Position numbers and translations under genes: made by a program. Source: Isurus oxyrinchus (lineage: Eukaryota). Taken from it: a stretch of 64,000 nt of DNA. Within the stretch, counting starts at the first letter, position 1. The number at the start of each line of letters is the position of its first letter. Location: assembly GCA_026770705.1 (NCBI GenBank), contig JANJGN010000001.1, positions 156,612,001-156,676,000 on the forward strand. Reading direction: 5' to 3'. Below are positions 61,956-64,000 of this stretch, one piece after another. The notes beneath the pieces were generated by a model. It was not told where the DNA came from. It saw only the letters and a program-made list of their open reading frames with translations, and did not search any database.

Positions 61956-64000
61956 TTTTTAATTCATTTTGTGGGAAATGGGCATCGCTGGCTAGGCTGG
62001 CTGTATTGCCCATCCCTAGCTGCCGTTAAGAAGGTGGTGGTGAGCTGCCTTCTTGAACTGCTGAAGTCCATGTGGTATAGGTACACCCAAAGTGCTGTTA
62101 GGGAAGGAGTTCCAGGATTTTGACCTAGCAACAGTGAAGAAACAGCGATATATTTGCAAGTCAGGATGGTGAACGACTTGGAGGGAACTTCCGGATGGTT
62201 GTGTTCCAATGTGTCTACTGCCCTTGTCCTTCTAGGTGCTAGTGGTTGTGGGTTTGGAAGGTGCTGTCTAAGTAGGCTTGCTGGGTTGCTGCAGTACATC
62301 TTGTGGATAGTACACACTCCTGCAACTGTGCGTCAGTAGTGGAGGAAGTGAATGTTTGTGGATGGGTTACCAATTAAGTGGGCTGCTTTGTCCTGGATGG
62401 TGTCAAGCTTCTTGAGTGTTCTTAGGGCTGCACTCATCCATGCAAGTGGGGAGTAATCCATCACACTCCTGACTTGTGCCTTGTCGATGTTGGACAGGCT
62501 TTGGGGAGTCAGGGGAGTGAGTTACTCGCTGCAGGTTTCCTAGCCTCTGACCTGAACTTGTAGCCACAGCATTTATATGGCTAGTCCAATTCAGTTTCTG
62601 GTCAATGGTAAACCCCTAAGATGTTGAAAGTGGGGGATTCAGTGATGGTAATGTCATTGGACATCAAGGGGCGATGGTTGGATTCTCTCTTGTTGGACAT
62701 GTCATTGCCTGACACTTGTGTTACTTGCCAATTATCAGCCCAAGCCTGGACATTGTCCAGGTCTTGCTGCATTTGGAAGTGGACTGCTTCAGCATCTGAG
62801 GAGCCATGAATGGTGCTGAACATTGTGCAATCATCAGCAAACATCCCCACTCATGACCTTATGATGGAAGGAAGGTTATTAATTAAGCAGCTGAAGATGG
62901 TTGGGCTGAGGGCATTACACTGAGGAACTCGGCAGTGATGTCCTAGAACTGAGGTGATTGACCTCCAACTCCAATATGAGAGTTTCCCCCCTGATTCCCT
63001 TTGACTCCAGTTTTGCTAGGGCTCCTTGATGCCACACTTGGGCAAATGCTGCCTTGATATCAAGAGCAGTCACTCTCACCTCATCTCTTGAGTTTAGCTT
63101 TTTTGTCTGTGTTTGAGCAAAGGCTGTAATGAGGTCTAGAGCTGAGTGGTCCTGGTGGAACCCAAACTGGGCATCAGTAAGCACGTTATTGCTAAGCAAG
63201 TGCCGCTTGATCATAAGACCATAAGACATAGGAGCAGAAATTAGGCCATTTGGCCCATCGAGTCTGCTCCGCCATTCAATCATGGCTGATAAGTTTCTCA
63301 CCCCCATTCTCCCGCCTTCTCCCCGTAACCTTTGATCCCCTTACCAATCAAGAACCTATCTATCTGGGTCTTAAATACACTCAATGACCTGGCCTCCCCA
63401 GCCTTCTGTGGCAATGAATTCCATAGATTGGCTAAAGAAGTTTCTTGGTAGCATTGTTGATGACCCCTTCCATTACTTTACTGATGATCGAGAATAGACT
63501 GATGGGGCGGTAATTAGCCTGGTTAGACCTGTCCTGCTTTTTGTGTACAGGACATACCTGGGCTTTTTTCCACATTGCCAGGCAGATGCCAGTGTTGTAT
63601 CTGCACTGGAACAGCTTGGCTAGAGGCGTGGCAAGTTCTGGAGCACAAGTCTTTATTACTGTTGCCGGATTATTGTCAGGGCATTATCCAGTGCCTTCTG
63701 CCATTTCTTGATATCACATGGGGTGATTCAAATTGGCGGAAGACTGGCATCTGCGATGCTGGGGAACTCTGGAGGAGGCTGTGATGGATCATCTACTCAG
63801 CACTTCTGGCTGAAGATTGTAGCAAATGCTTCAGCCTTTCTTTTGGATTGATGTGCTGGGCTCCTCTATCATTGACAATGGGGATATTTGTGGAGCCTCC
63901 TCTTCCTCCAGTGAGTTGCTTAATTGTCCACCAGCATTTATGACTGGATGTGACAGGACTGCAGAGCTTAGATCTGTTAGGTCCTTTGGTTGTGTGCGAT
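61956..64000 (-). mobile_element. Single-ORF LINE copy running off the window end
   Basis: ALDIKAAFAQVWHQGAL, MFADDCT and the family 3' tail at ~61960-62040. Confidence 0.92.
63211..63443 (-). mobile_element. Young CR1/HER1 3' end nested in the LINE
   Basis: cataagaccataagacataggagcagaaattaggcc tail; CpGs retained. Confidence 0.9.

Noticed and set aside
1-64000. Prokaryotic systems (CRISPR arrays, operons, defence islands)
   Set aside because: The sequence is vertebrate and repeat-rich; no regularly spaced repeat-spacer array or dense gene packing.

Overview
Repeat-dominated (roughly two thirds or more) vertebrate genomic DNA. The repeat repertoire (HER1-type CR1 3' tails, Deu-domain SINEs, Penelope-derived palindromes, abundant Harbinger-type elements) points to a cartilaginous fish, probably a shark; this is inference from recalled repeat families. 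I found no convincing host protein-coding exon, so the window is probably intergenic or inside a long intron. Contents: (i) several copies of a single-ORF (APE endonuclease + RT) LINE; two full-length copies start with a tRNA-derived Pol III-type head, and two SINEs consist of that head joined to the LINE's last ~75 nt; (ii) many CR1/HER1 fragments, an L2 fragment and two decayed Gypsy elements; (iii) PIF/Harbinger elements with nuclease and spliced Myb/SANT gene remnants, plus MITEs; (iv) a U1 snRNA pseudogene and a histone H2A pseudogene, neither visible in the ORF track; (v) an LF-SINE-like relic and a few AT-rich unique stretches that may be conserved non-coding elements. There is a 300-N gap at 22095-22394. 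All family names come from motif recognition by eye, and repeat boundaries are approximate unless a TSD or TIR is quoted.
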